Part shown: positions 27,039 through 37,259 of the stretch, one piece after another | Layout of the letters: every line of letters starts with the position of its first letter | How positions within the stretch are numbered: position 1 is the first letter of the stretch | Virus record (IMG/VR): IMGVR_UViG_3300009159_000035 | From: a virus | Strand: one strand, 5' to 3' | DNA: 64,000 nt | Position numbers and translations under genes: made by a program | The notes under the pieces: model-generated | What the model saw: the letters and a program-made list of their open reading frames with translations, nothing else | Databases searched by the model: none | Told to the model about the DNA's origin: nothing

Positions 27039-27908
27039 ATGAGTACTACTCCATTTGCATATAATCCTGGACATTCTACTATTGCTGGAACAACCAATTT
27101 AGTTGATTTAGCAATAGGCACAACCGCTCAACACTATGGAGCTAATCCTGGAGGTTTGACTTGGTGGATGGGACCTGAAGATATAACTGGTTATCTAATT
27201 TGCAGGCCAGTACCTGCTGGAAATCAGCCAACTCAAATGGGTGCAATTGGAACAGTCAGATTTGCTAGAAGCACAGCTAAAACTGATCAATCATTTTTGG
27301 AACTAGCCAATTATATCAAAAGAGATTTAGGCGGATCCCCTAACCTGGCTAGTGCATCAGCTGCTCTTACGTGGTTAACCGATAATGGCTATTGGACTTC
27401 ATGGGTTCAACCATATATTGCAGGTTTATATAAAACAACATACAATGGATATTTTGCCGATTCGGTTAGTTTCTTTGCAACTGCAACTCCACAAGCTTTT
27501 TTAAACAATCCAATAACTGAAGTCCAAACAACATCTATTTTTGAACCAGCAACGGATGATGGGTCAGATTTTAGTTGCCAATGGTTGGGGTATTTTAAAC
27601 CAGCTACTTCTGAAACTTATACATTTTATACATCAAGTGATGATGCATCGTATATGTGGATCGGTGCAAATGCTCAAACTGGTTTTACGACAGCCAATGC
27701 AACGGTTAACAATGGTGGATTGCATGGAACAACTGAAAAATCGGGATCAATTACATTAACTGCCGGCGTTTATTATCCAGTTAGAATTCAATTTGGCGAA
27801 CGCGGTGGTGGAGATGTGTTAACCTTTAATTACTCAACTCCGACTATCTCTAAAACGACTAATGTTACTGGATTAGTTTTCTATAATTCAACAACTAATA
27901 ATTTTTAA
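27039..27908 (+). CDS. virion-surface candidate with PA14/GLEYA domain
   Basis: FSCQWLGYF..YTFYTSSDDASY..YYPVRIQFGE. Confidence 0.8.
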   Translation: MSTTPFAYNPGHSTIAGTTNLVDLAIGTTAQHYGANPGGLTWWMGPEDITGYLICRPVPAGNQPTQMGAIGTVRFARSTAKTDQSFLELANYIKRDLGGSPNLASASAALTWLTDNGYWTSWVQPYIAGLYKTTYNGYFADSVSFFATATPQAFLNNPITEVQTTSIFEPATDDGSDFSCQWLGYFKPATSETYTFYTSSDDASYMWIGANAQTGFTTANATVNNGGLHGTTEKSGSITLTAGVYYPVRIQFGERGGGDVLTFNYSTPTISKTTNVTGLVFYNSTTNNF

Positions 27909-27923
27909 AAATAAAATATTATA

Positions 27924-29084
27924 ATGGCTAGTACAAAACCATTTTCTAGAAATCCATCACATACTGCAATTTCAGGGGTAACCAATCTTGGAGATATTGC
28001 AATAGGAACCTCTGCTCAAAACTATTCAGCTAATCCAGGCGGATTAACTTGGTGGATGGGGCCAGACGAATCAACTGGCTATGTGATTGGTGCACCAGTT
28101 GCTCTAGAAAATCAATCAACTCCAATTGGATCAGTAGGAAATGTTCAATTTTGGAGAACCAATTCCTTAAGCGATTCTGAATTTCTTTCATTAGCCAATT
28201 ATGTTAAACGGACATTCGGTGGAGCTGCTGATTTAGCAACTGCAACAGATGCTAATGTATGGTTAGCTGCAAACAATTACTATACAAACTGGACTTTGCC
28301 AGCAACTACAACTACTACGACGGCCGCGCCAACTACAACTACAACAACGGCAGAGCCAACTACAACTACAACAACGGCAGCGCCGACTATAATAACCTCT
28401 GGCCTTATTTTAAATTATGATATTAGTAAGCCGGCCTCATACTCAGGCAGTGGAACTACTATAACTGACTTACAGGGAAATTCCAATGCAACAACCGTTA
28501 ATAGCCCAACGTATACTTCTTCTGGAGGTGGCTACTTAACATTTAACGGAAGCAATCAATACTTTGTTACTAACACCTCATTAAATTCTAAATTATCACC
28601 AGCCAATACGTCAACCGTATTATCAATATTTGTTTGGGTATATCCTATGGATAATGGTGTTATAGTAGCAGAATTAGGACAGGCAACGGCAAATACCTTA
28701 TGGCATGATTCTCAAATCGAAATGGTTGCTGGAACAATTAAATTTTCTGTTTGGAGCGGTGTTGTACAAAACTTATCATCATCTATTTCAACGCCTTTAA
28801 ATAACTGGTATTATGTTGGGTTCACTTATGACGGAACAAATTTAAGAGGATATGTTAATGGTTCATTGGCTGTAACTTCCGGTACAATAACCAGACAAAC
28901 TCCTTATAACAACGGAGGCGGCGTAGGACTGCACTATGCAGTAGCTTCAGAGGATCTTACAAAGCTTGGAGATGGCTCGTATGCTAACATGAGATTTGGT
29001 GGAATGCAAATCTACAATACGGCATTAACTGGCAACAACGTGTTGACTAATTTTAACGCAACTAAATCAACCTACGGTCTGTAA
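27924..29084 (+). CDS. virion-surface candidate with Thr-rich linker and LamG-like domain
   Basis: N-terminal domain shared with 27039; SYSGSGTT; WYYVGFTYDG..YVNG; IYNTALT. Confidence 0.8.
   Translation: MASTKPFSRNPSHTAISGVTNLGDIAIGTSAQNYSANPGGLTWWMGPDESTGYVIGAPVALENQSTPIGSVGNVQFWRTNSLSDSEFLSLANYVKRTFGGAADLATATDANVWLAANNYYTNWTLPATTTTTTAAPTTTTTTAEPTTTTTTAAPTIITSGLILNYDISKPASYSGSGTTITDLQGNSNATTVNSPTYTSSGGGYLTFNGSNQYFVTNTSLNSKLSPANTSTVLSIFVWVYPMDNGVIVAELGQATANTLWHDSQIEMVAGTIKFSVWSGVVQNLSSSISTPLNNWYYVGFTYDGTNLRGYVNGSLAVTSGTITRQTPYNNGGGVGLHYAVASEDLTKLGDGSYANMRFGGMQIYNTALTGNNVLTNFNATKSTYGL
28304..28384 (+). repeat. 3 x 27-bp tandem repeat encoding TTTTTTA(A/E)P
   Basis: AACTACAACTACAACAACGGCAG(A/C)GCC-type units. 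Confidence 0.85.
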
Positions 29085-29103
29085 TTCTTGGTATATTAAT
29101 ACC

Positions 29104-29775
29104 ATGATGAATGAATTCCAAAAGTATGCAATGAGCGAGCACGGGGTGTCCTCATTGAAATTAGATTATTACGGTAAACAAGTTGAGTCATCAATGACTC
29201 CTTATATCTTAGAAGAACGCGAGTTACGTGTTACTCAAATGGATATTTTTTCCAGATTAATGAGAGACCGTATTCTTTGGGTTGCTGGTCCAGTAAATGA
29301 TTATATGTCAACAATTGTGCAGGCTCAGTTAATGTTCCTAGATTCAGTTGATGGTACGGATATTACAATGCATATTGATTCTCCAGGCGGATCAGTTAAG
29401 TCTGGACTTTCAATGGTAGACGTAATGGATTATATTAAAGCCGATATCCGAACAGTAAATACTGGAATGGCTGCATCAATGGGATCAGTTCTCTTAGGTG
29501 CTGGCACAAAGGGTAAGCGTAGTTCCCTAAAGCACTCAACCACAATGTTACATCAATCTTCTGGAGGTTTTAGTGGAAATATTCAAGATGCTGAAGTTGA
29601 CTGGGCTGAATGGCAAAAAGTTAATCATGAACTATTTGTATTATTAGGTAAATACTGCGGTAAAAAACCTGATCAGGTAAAGAAGGATGCAACTAGAGAC
29701 TTTTGGTTAAGTGCAGAAGAAGCCGTAAAATACGGAATCATTGATGAGATTGTAAAATCTAAAAAATCTAAATAA
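29104..29775 (+). CDS. clpP: ATP-dependent Clp protease proteolytic subunit
   Basis: MDIFSRLMRDRI, IDSPGG, GMAASMG, MLHQ, RDFWLSAEEAVKYG. Confidence 0.95.
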   Translation: MMNEFQKYAMSEHGVSSLKLDYYGKQVESSMTPYILEERELRVTQMDIFSRLMRDRILWVAGPVNDYMSTIVQAQLMFLDSVDGTDITMHIDSPGGSVKSGLSMVDVMDYIKADIRTVNTGMAASMGSVLLGAGTKGKRSSLKHSTTMLHQSSGGFSGNIQDAEVDWAEWQKVNHELFVLLGKYCGKKPDQVKKDATRDFWLSAEEAVKYGIIDEIVKSKKSK

Positions 29776-29781
29776 TAATAT

Positions 29782-30201
29782 ATGCATGGTAAAGTATTAG
29801 TACTCCTACGTGGAGTTCCTGGAGCAGGCAAAAGCTCGTTCGCAAATTTTGTATGGAATAGCGGTGTAATTTTTGAAGCTGATAAATTCTTTGATACACC
29901 GGATGGAGGTTATAAGTTTGATGGAGCTAAATTAAAAGAAGCCCATGAATGGTGTAGGCTTGGTGTACAAACTGCAATGGAAGAAAATATTCAAACCAAC
30001 GGTCAGTATTATCCAGAAATAATTGTATCAAATACATTTACTCGTGAATGGGAAATGCAAGCTTACGTAGACCTAGCCAAAGAATTTGGGTATACAGTAG
30101 TCTCCCTAATTGTTGAGAACCGTCATGGCGGAGTTAATCAACATGGAGTACCTGAGGAAAAGGTGCAAGAAATGCGAGACCGGTTTGAAGTAAAATTATG
30201 A
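29782..30201 (+). CDS. P-loop kinase (AAA_33/polynucleotide kinase-like)
   Basis: LRGVPGAGKS, EAD, VSNTF, HGVP. Confidence 0.85.
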   Translation: MHGKVLVLLRGVPGAGKSSFANFVWNSGVIFEADKFFDTPDGGYKFDGAKLKEAHEWCRLGVQTAMEENIQTNGQYYPEIIVSNTFTREWEMQAYVDLAKEFGYTVVSLIVENRHGGVNQHGVPEEKVQEMRDRFEVKL

Positions 30202-30518
30202 AGCGTCACAGAGCTCAATTTACTAAAATAGTAAAAGAATGGAATGAAGCAACCACATTTGAAGTATGGGAAGGAGTTAGGGATAATTTTACTTTTGGGT
30301 TTATTGGAGCTACTCTAGTCGTATTCATTTCAACTAAAACTGATATTGCTGTATTGATTGGGTATTTGGCATACTATTTCTTTATGGGTAAAATAGTTAA
30401 TAGACCGAAATATGTTACTGATCTTGGAAAATTAGTAGTATTTCCTATTCCTTCTGCACTTGGTGCATTTGCTGGTTATAAGTTATCATATATACTAATT
30501 CAATTAATATCAACATGA
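30198..30518 (+). CDS. membrane protein
   Basis: three hydrophobic segments. Confidence 0.65.
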   Translation: MKRHRAQFTKIVKEWNEATTFEVWEGVRDNFTFGFIGATLVVFISTKTDIAVLIGYLAYYFFMGKIVNRPKYVTDLGKLVVFPIPSALGAFAGYKLSYILIQLIST

Positions 30519-30691
30519 TTAAAGAATTTACTGGGTATCGAGCCGTTTATAAAATTAATGGTACCAATGAAAATGGTGTAGCATTTGCTAAAACCCTTAA
30601 GCAATTAAAATCATCAATTGATTTGTTTAATGTAAATAAAGATTATCGGATTGAAGGTTTTGATGGAACCGTTTGGCATTTAATAAATTAA
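30515..30691 (+). CDS. small hypothetical protein (not in ORF track)
   Basis: ATGA-coupled 58-aa ORF MIKEFTGYRAVY. Confidence 0.55.
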   Translation: MIKEFTGYRAVYKINGTNENGVAFAKTLKQLKSSIDLFNVNKDYRIEGFDGTVWHLIN

Positions 30692-30727
30692 AGTGGTATA
30701 TTATTTAAAATCAAAAACAAATAAGCT

Positions 30728-31063
30728 ATGAATAAAAAAGAATTAATTGATGCACTTCTACAGAAGTTTGGAGTGTTTATCAAAAAACTTGGTAATCTAA
30801 TTATTGTTGCCATTGCAATGTTGGCAGGTTTCTTTATTGGCTATTACTATTGGGTAATGACAAATAAGGTTGGAAAATCTCAATGGGATAGTATTAAACC
30901 GCTAACCACAACATCTGTTGCAATTAACGAACGTAATGAATTATTGGTAATTGACCGAAAGACTGGAATCTATTCGATTTATCAAGATTCAGTAGGGATT
31001 GTTATTTTTAATCTCTATGCAAATCGTATTTATAAACAAGCAGTTCCAGTAACTACTAAATAA
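30728..31063 (+). CDS. membrane-anchored protein
   Basis: TM segment; coupled to SLT gene. Confidence 0.65.
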   Translation: MNKKELIDALLQKFGVFIKKLGNLIIVAIAMLAGFFIGYYYWVMTNKVGKSQWDSIKPLTTTSVAINERNELLVIDRKTGIYSIYQDSVGIVIFNLYANRIYKQAVPVTTK

Positions 31064-31578
31064 TGACCTCATTAAAAACCATATTAATCTTAAGCAGTCT
31101 AATCTTATTTGGAGCAATATGGACGTATGAGATTAATAAAACAGCAGTTGGACTACCGGATGGAGCACGAACACTAGAAAGTGCTCCACCTTGTGTTCAA
31201 ATGTATGATCACCTTAAGGAATACGCAGATAAGTATAGAGTTCCATTTCATATTGCATATGGAGTAGCTCATAAAGAAACTGGATATAATGGTGCATTTC
31301 ATTGGGCTTATAAGCCAGCCCTAACATCAGCGGCTGCAGCATATGGAGCAATGCAAATACAGGTCCCTACTGCAAACTTTATTTGGCGGTCAGGCAAAAA
31401 GATTACCGCAAAAAGATTATTAACGGATCTAAAATTTAATGTTGAGACCTCAATGAAACTGCTTGCATATTTAAAAAAACGATATGGAAGTTGGGAACTT
31501 GCACTTGGCTGTTATAATACAGGCCGGCCGTTGGTAAATTCCTATGCCCTAGAAATTGTACACTCAAAATATAAATAA
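31063..31578 (+). CDS. lytic transglycosylase (SLT domain)
   Basis: AHKET, AYGAMQI, LALGCYNTG; N-terminal anchor. Confidence 0.85.
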   Translation: MTSLKTILILSSLILFGAIWTYEINKTAVGLPDGARTLESAPPCVQMYDHLKEYADKYRVPFHIAYGVAHKETGYNGAFHWAYKPALTSAAAAYGAMQIQVPTANFIWRSGKKITAKRLLTDLKFNVETSMKLLAYLKKRYGSWELALGCYNTGRPLVNSYALEIVHSKYK

Positions 31579-31593
31579 AAAAAATTAAATAAA

Positions 31594-31854
31594 ATGGCAG
31601 ACTTTTGTAATAAATGCGCACATGAATTATGGGGAGAAGATTTTGAACCGGAAATTGATGTTCCTAAAATTGCTAATCAACTTCCAACCGGTCATTATAT
31701 TTCGGTACTTTGTGAAGGTTGTATAATGGTTGCAGTTTCAAAGGACGAAACTGGTAAAGTTAATATTGCCTATGGTAATATCGGAGGAGATGACTTAACT
31801 TGGGGGTCTTTTGAAGACTGGGAAGCCAAAGACTCAAGTTTAAAAATTAAATAA
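31594..31854 (+). CDS. Cys-motif phage protein
   Basis: MADFCNKC..LCEGC. Confidence 0.65.
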   Translation: MADFCNKCAHELWGEDFEPEIDVPKIANQLPTGHYISVLCEGCIMVAVSKDETGKVNIAYGNIGGDDLTWGSFEDWEAKDSSLKIK

Positions 31855-31855
31855 T

Positions 31856-32110
31856 ATGACACACTTAGATAAATTTGAAATGGTTAATTTGTGCGAGACT
31901 GCTGAAGAATTAACTAATGCACTAAGAGCAATTGCTGATCAGGAAACCGGTATGATTAAAGGTCGATTACGCGAATTTGATTCACAGCGGATGTCAGGAT
32001 ATGTTTCACTAGTTATAAATGAAGGAGCTCCAGCAAATTTATTAACCAGAGAATTTGGAATTCGGCAACAAGCTCTATATTTAAGGTACTGTATACAAAA
32101 CGGAATTTAA
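31856..32110 (+). CDS. hypothetical phage protein
   Basis: LTREFGIRQQALY. Confidence 0.65.
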   Translation: MTHLDKFEMVNLCETAEELTNALRAIADQETGMIKGRLREFDSQRMSGYVSLVINEGAPANLLTREFGIRQQALYLRYCIQNGI

Positions 32111-32112
32111 TA

Positions 32113-32766
32113 ATGAAATTAACAATTGAACCTCATCAGCGTGTTTGGTTTACTTCAGACACCCACTATATGCACTCTAATATTTGTAGAGGTACGTCTA
32201 ATTGGGTAGAGGGCAGTAAGACTCGTGATTTTGACGAGCTTGAACAAATGAATGAGGTTATTATTGATAATATTAATAATTCAGTTAGGGAAGACGATAT
32301 TCTATTTCATCTAGGCGATTGGTCATTTGGAGGATACGAGAATATTGAAGGGTTTAGGCAAAAGATTACGTGTAAGAATATTCATTTACTACTTGGAAAT
32401 CACGACCATCACATTGAGAATGATAAGGGCGGCATTCAAAAACTGTTTAAGTCAGTTAATAATTATCTTAGACTTGAACTTAATATTTTAAAGCCGGAAG
32501 ATAAAGAAACCATTCGTAAAACTTTTGTACTGTGCCATTACCCAATTGCAAGTTGGCATGATATGAACCGTGGAGTTATTCAATTGCATGGACATGTGCA
32601 TTTACCGCCAGAGCTAAAGTTACATGAAGGTAAAGCAATGGATGTTGGAATGGATGGTAATTTATTGGAGCCCTATTCTTTACAAGAAATTTTACAAATA
32701 ATGAGGGACCGCCCAATTAGGTGCCTTGAATTACCAAACGATCATCATGAGGATGGTGATCAATAA
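32113..32766 (+). CDS. calcineurin-like phosphoesterase (phage RNA-repair type)
   Basis: FTSDTH, HLGD, GNHD, CHYP, HGHVH, DVGMD. Confidence 0.9.
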   Translation: MKLTIEPHQRVWFTSDTHYMHSNICRGTSNWVEGSKTRDFDELEQMNEVIIDNINNSVREDDILFHLGDWSFGGYENIEGFRQKITCKNIHLLLGNHDHHIENDKGGIQKLFKSVNNYLRLELNILKPEDKETIRKTFVLCHYPIASWHDMNRGVIQLHGHVHLPPELKLHEGKAMDVGMDGNLLEPYSLQEILQIMRDRPIRCLELPNDHHEDGDQ

Positions 32767-32784
32767 TTTTAATTAAATTAAATA

Positions 32785-33264
32785 ATGATTCAACACATTG
32801 ACGTCTTAATCAAGGACATAAATACAAAACCCAACTGGAGTGCAAAAGAACTTGCACCAAAATTACAGTCGCTATCTCATCAATTGGAGAATCAATTACA
32901 GACAGAAGGTAAGGTTGTAAATTTTACTGGCGCTAGTAAAAAATCAAAAGTCAAAGTAATCCGAAAATACGATCTTCTCTATTTAGCAATAGTTGGAGTT
33001 CCGCATTATTTCCTAATCCATAAGATAGACAGAGACACGGTCTTTGGAATTATTTTTACCTCAACCAATAAACCCGAACACTGCATTCATGAAGTTATGG
33101 AGGACCGAATTCTTGAAGGATCCTTTGCTACTTGCACCTATTTTACAGTTTCATTAGCTGAAGCAATGGACTCTTTTATCCGAGTTTACGAAAGCAAAAA
33201 GGAAGCTGACGATATTTTTGTAAAGGTAAAAGCTCATTATAAAACAGTCTTTAATTTTAAATAA
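32785..33264 (+). CDS. hypothetical protein
   Basis: 159-aa ORF. Confidence 0.65.
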   Translation: MIQHIDVLIKDINTKPNWSAKELAPKLQSLSHQLENQLQTEGKVVNFTGASKKSKVKVIRKYDLLYLAIVGVPHYFLIHKIDRDTVFGIIFTSTNKPEHCIHEVMEDRILEGSFATCTYFTVSLAEAMDSFIRVYESKKEADDIFVKVKAHYKTVFNFK

Positions 33265-33313
33265 TTAGTTCAGTATTATGTACCTTTGGGTATATTAATA
33301 TAAAGAATTAATT

Positions 33314-33856
33314 ATGAAAGCTCAAGATAATCCAAAAATTGATTGGATCATCTCTCAACACAGAGATACTAATCACATGTACGATACGTACTTACCTTAC
33401 GAATTCCATTTAAGAATGGCTGTAGAGGTTGCAACAAAATTCCAACACTTAATTACATATAAGCAAGATTTACCTAGTGTAATTCTTGGAGCATGGGGAC
33501 ATGATTTAATTGAAGATACTCGCGTTTCATATAACGATGTTAAACAAGAACTTGGAGAAATGGCAGCTGACATTATTTATGCATGCTCAAATGAAAAGGG
33601 TAAAAACCGAGAAGACCGAGCAAATCATAATTACTATAGAGTAATCCGATCAACTCCATATGCAGTATTTGTAAAGTTATGCGATCGTATTGCCAATGTG
33701 CAATATTCAAAAATGTCAGGCAGTCGTATGTTTGAAATGTACAATAAGGAAAATAAAGACTTTATGAATCAATTAGGCTGGACCTCTGAAGACATTCTTC
33801 ATGAATACTCTGATATGTATTGGTATTTAAGTCAGTTATTCAAAGCTGAAAATTAA
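33314..33856 (+). CDS. HD-domain protein, RelA/SpoT-hydrolase (Mesh1/SAH)-like
   Basis: PYEFHL, HDLIEDT, VKLCDRIAN. Confidence 0.8.
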   Translation: MKAQDNPKIDWIISQHRDTNHMYDTYLPYEFHLRMAVEVATKFQHLITYKQDLPSVILGAWGHDLIEDTRVSYNDVKQELGEMAADIIYACSNEKGKNREDRANHNYYRVIRSTPYAVFVKLCDRIANVQYSKMSGSRMFEMYNKENKDFMNQLGWTSEDILHEYSDMYWYLSQLFKAEN

Positions 33857-33941
33857 AAAAATTAAAAAATTATAAAACCGGTTTATTAAAATCAAGTAGA
33901 ACAGTAATCAATTTGAATTTTTAATAAAACGATATAACATA

Positions 33942-35087
33942 ATGGAAAACAACGACTCAGTTTGCTATGTAGCAAGAATTAACGAAATTAGGCCCATTGA
34001 TGGTGCAGACAACATTGAATTAGCAATTGTTGGAGGATGGAATTGTATTACTAAAAAAGGAGAGTATAATGCTGGCGATTTAATTGTAGTTGCTACAACT
34101 GATGCAGTCATTCCACAAGAATTATCAGACGTAATGAACGTGACCAATTACCTACGCAAAGGTCAACGAGTACGTACTGTAAAATTACGTGGAGTTTACT
34201 CTGAATGTTTAATTATTCCTTTTGCTTATTGTAAAGATGGTGCTAAATTAGCCAATACCAAATGGAACGAAGGAGAAGATATGATGTTGTTCTTGGGTAT
34301 TTTTAAGTACGAACCTCCAATTAAACAGATAAGACTATCTTCTGGTAAAAAGATTCGCTATCAAGATAACCCTAATTTCCATGTTTACTACAAGTTTCCT
34401 AACTTGAAGAATGTAGCTGGGATGTTTACTGAAGAGGATATGGTAGAAATTACTCGTAAAATCCACGGAACAAATGCTCGTTATGGTATTGTAAAGAAAA
34501 CTAAATTAGCAGTTTGGGACAAAGTTAAAAAATTCTTTGGATTGGCTGATAAATGGATTGATTATGAATTTGTAGTTGGGTCTCATAATGTTGAAAAGGG
34601 TTCTGACTCTCAAGGTTTTTACGATACAAATGTTTGGTACCAAATTTCGGACAAATATGAAATCAAAAAGAAGTTATGGGAATATGTTAAGAGCGTTGCA
34701 ATGGAACCTGAAATTGGAGCTGGTATTACAATCTATGGAGAAATTTATGGAGTCGGAATTCAAAAAAATTATGAATATGGGCTAAAGGAAATTGAATTTG
34801 TTGGCTTTGATGTCAAAGAGAATGGCGAATACTTAAGTCCAATCAATTCTAAACTTTTAATAAAGCATATTTTAGACTTACCATACGTTGAGATCCTATA
34901 TTCAGGTAATTGGTCTCAGGCAGTTCAAGATAAATTTGTATTTAATAATTTTATTGCAGGCACTAAAGTACCAGAAGAAGGAATTGTAATTAAGTACCAT
35001 ACTGGAGAAAGAAGTAAAGTTGCAAAAGTAATCAACCCTGACTATTTGATCTATGGCGAGAAACACGATATTGGAGACTCACACTAA
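33942..35087 (+). CDS. RNA ligase, DRB0094-like with N-terminal OB domain
   Basis: IRPIDGADNIE; KLRGVYSE; KIHGTN; YGEIYG; FDV; EEGIVIK; AKVIN. Confidence 0.9.
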   Translation: MENNDSVCYVARINEIRPIDGADNIELAIVGGWNCITKKGEYNAGDLIVVATTDAVIPQELSDVMNVTNYLRKGQRVRTVKLRGVYSECLIIPFAYCKDGAKLANTKWNEGEDMMLFLGIFKYEPPIKQIRLSSGKKIRYQDNPNFHVYYKFPNLKNVAGMFTEEDMVEITRKIHGTNARYGIVKKTKLAVWDKVKKFFGLADKWIDYEFVVGSHNVEKGSDSQGFYDTNVWYQISDKYEIKKKLWEYVKSVAMEPEIGAGITIYGEIYGVGIQKNYEYGLKEIEFVGFDVKENGEYLSPINSKLLIKHILDLPYVEILYSGNWSQAVQDKFVFNNFIAGTKVPEEGIVIKYHTGERSKVAKVINPDYLIYGEKHDIGDSH

Positions 35088-35093
35088 CCTCTA

Positions 35094-35444
35094 ATGATAA
35101 ATCTCAAGACACTAATAATAGGAATGTTATTTGGGCTTATAGCTCAAGTGCTAACCTTCTTTCAGCTACAAGGACAAATGCGATATGAGTGGTTTAAAAA
35201 CCACTATTGGGCAATAGTGTTAATGGGTATTCCAATATCAATGACGTTTATGTATTCGGTAAAGAATATGATAATAGCATTTGACGGTCAAATGTGGCCA
35301 TCTCGATTAATTGGTTTTAGCATAGGAGCAATCTCATTTACCTACCTAAGCTATGTTATATTTAATGAGCCTATTACCGCAAAGACATTAGTGTGCTTGG
35401 CATTAGCCGTTGCAATATTATTAATACAATTATTTTGGAAATAA
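35094..35444 (+). CDS. 4-TM small membrane protein (DMT/SMR-like)
   Basis: Four hydrophobic helices; FNEP. Confidence 0.55.
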   Translation: MINLKTLIIGMLFGLIAQVLTFFQLQGQMRYEWFKNHYWAIVLMGIPISMTFMYSVKNMIIAFDGQMWPSRLIGFSIGAISFTYLSYVIFNEPITAKTLVCLALAVAILLIQLFWK

Positions 35445-35445
35445 A

Positions 35446-35913
35446 ATGGAAGAAAATAAATTAGTTAGAATTTACCTAGACGATGTTAGAACACCAATTG
35501 AAAAGGATTGGATAGTTGTTAGAAATTATCAGGAGTTCAAGGATAGAGTCAATGAAATTGGAATAACGAATATTCATATTATCTCGTTAGATCACGACTT
35601 GGGTGACTCAGCAATGTCGGAGTATTTTACAAATGTAAGTCCAAATTATAAATTAGACTATAATAATATTACAGAAAAAACTGGAATGGACTGTACCAAA
35701 TGGTTAGTTAATAAGTTCTATGACGAAAATCCAAAACGGCTTGATATGAGTCGTCAAGATAAACGCAATGTGCCTATTAAGTTTCCAGAAGTTTACGTAC
35801 ACTCAGCAAATCCAATTGGGTCAGCTAATATGATGGGGTATTTTAATAATTTCTTTATGAATGAAGGCGAGCCTCAAAATTGTGTACGCGTTCAGATACC
35901 TCATACAGTTTAA
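35446..35913 (+). CDS. cyclic-phosphate-processing receiver-like domain protein
   Basis: YLDDVR, ISLDHDLG, TGMDC, VHSANP. Confidence 0.8.
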   Translation: MEENKLVRIYLDDVRTPIEKDWIVVRNYQEFKDRVNEIGITNIHIISLDHDLGDSAMSEYFTNVSPNYKLDYNNITEKTGMDCTKWLVNKFYDENPKRLDMSRQDKRNVPIKFPEVYVHSANPIGSANMMGYFNNFFMNEGEPQNCVRVQIPHTV

Positions 35914-35936
35914 GTTGGTATAATAATTATAAGATT

Positions 35937-36014
35937 GCCCTCTTGGCGGAATTGGTAGACGCGCTAGACTTAGGATCTAGTCTTCGGGTAAGAGTTCGAG
36001 TCTCTTAGAGGGTA
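35937..36014 (+). tRNA. tRNA-Leu(UAG)
   Basis: GCCCTCT/AGAGGGT-A; CTAGA-CTTAGGA-TCTAG. Confidence 0.93.
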
Positions 36015-36034
36015 CAAATTGGTATAATATAATT

Positions 36035-36742
36035 ATGAAATTAGTAGAATATAACGAAGATAACCTCATCACCTATACCCTATATGAAGTTGCTCCAAAA
36101 ATCTATGTAGTAGAAGCAGCCGATGATTATGCTAGAGCAATGCTATTTGTTAGAGCTCAAGAATATTACGAATCATCTTATCCTGAATTTAGAAAAAAGA
36201 ACTTTTGTATTTTTGAATATATGAATAAGTACCGTAAAGAAAGAGGCACTAAATATTTTGGATATACTAAAGATTGGAGTGGCTATAATATTCCAAGTGA
36301 TTCTCTTGAATCATGCCTTAATGGACTAGATGCTAGTAAAGTTTTAACTACTCCATATGATATTCTTATGCATGCAATATATGCAACAATTCGTAAGCAC
36401 CAACCTCGTGGAAAGTTTTATATATTGGGAGTAGATGATATTAAGTCGCAAGTAATGGATCATGAACTTTCACATGCACTATTCTATACAAATAAAGAAT
36501 ACAAGGCTGAAATGATGGAGTTAATTTTATTGTTAAAATCAAATGTATATAATCAATTAGAAGCATACTTATCTCAAATGGGTTATGTTAGGCAAGTTAT
36601 GGTTGACGAAATCCATGCATATCTTTCAACTGGCTTGATTAAGCCAATGGACCGAGCTAGAGGTTCAATTGCCGCATCAAAGAAATTTAAAAAAGTTTTT
36701 AAAGAATACAGGAAAAAATTTAATTTAAAACTTGATGTATAA
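36035..36742 (+). CDS. HExxH-containing hypothetical protein
   Basis: RAQEYYES; HELSHAL; DEIHAY. Confidence 0.7.
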   Translation: MKLVEYNEDNLITYTLYEVAPKIYVVEAADDYARAMLFVRAQEYYESSYPEFRKKNFCIFEYMNKYRKERGTKYFGYTKDWSGYNIPSDSLESCLNGLDASKVLTTPYDILMHAIYATIRKHQPRGKFYILGVDDIKSQVMDHELSHALFYTNKEYKAEMMELILLLKSNVYNQLEAYLSQMGYVRQVMVDEIHAYLSTGLIKPMDRARGSIAASKKFKKVFKEYRKKFNLKLDV

Positions 36743-36938
36743 ATTTGAATTAGTTGATTCCGAAATTAAAAAATTCGAGAAGTGGAAAAAGAAACAAAAA
36801 AAGAAGAACCAATTCATGCCAACTGCTGGTGAAAGATGGACTTTTATGTTTACTCCAACTGGAATTGGTACAGTAGTTGAAGTAAAAGACCAAACTACTG
36901 GAGACGTACTTGACTTAACTGATTGGGACTTATGGTAA
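36735..36938 (+). CDS. hypothetical phage protein
   Basis: FTPTGIG..DLTD. Confidence 0.65.
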   Translation: MYKFELVDSEIKKFEKWKKKQKKKNQFMPTAGERWTFMFTPTGIGTVVEVKDQTTGDVLDLTDWDLW

Positions 36939-37249
36939 ATTATGAAACTTGTAACTGTGGTAAAAAAGCAACCTGGCTATATGCGCCTTCAACGGATTCT
37001 ACAGAGAATCCTTTTCACTGTGATGATTGCGTTCCTCGCGGTTGTTCTTGTAATAGCTACCATACTGACCCAAACGCTTATCATCCTCCTCTCGAAAATC
37101 CTGAATTACCGGAAGGCATTGAAAACAAAGATTGGCACTGGAAGAATAAAGAAAAAACTGAATGGTGCCGATTAGATGATGAGGGCCGAGAATATCCATG
37201 TTGTGAATTTTGGTATGACGAAAATGGCTATGAAATTGAAGAAAAATAA
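36932..37249 (+). CDS. Cys-rich hypothetical protein
   Basis: CNCG, CDDCVPRGCSC, PCCEF. Confidence 0.65.
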   Translation: MVNYETCNCGKKATWLYAPSTDSTENPFHCDDCVPRGCSCNSYHTDPNAYHPPLENPELPEGIENKDWHWKNKEKTEWCRLDDEGREYPCCEFWYDENGYEIEEK

Positions 37250-37259
37250 ATTATAGATT

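Noticed and set aside
21648-36014. Suppressor/selenocysteine tRNAs or stop-codon reassignment
   Set aside because: Anticodons UGA and UAG read UCA (Ser) and CUA (Leu); conserved genes are full length in code 11.
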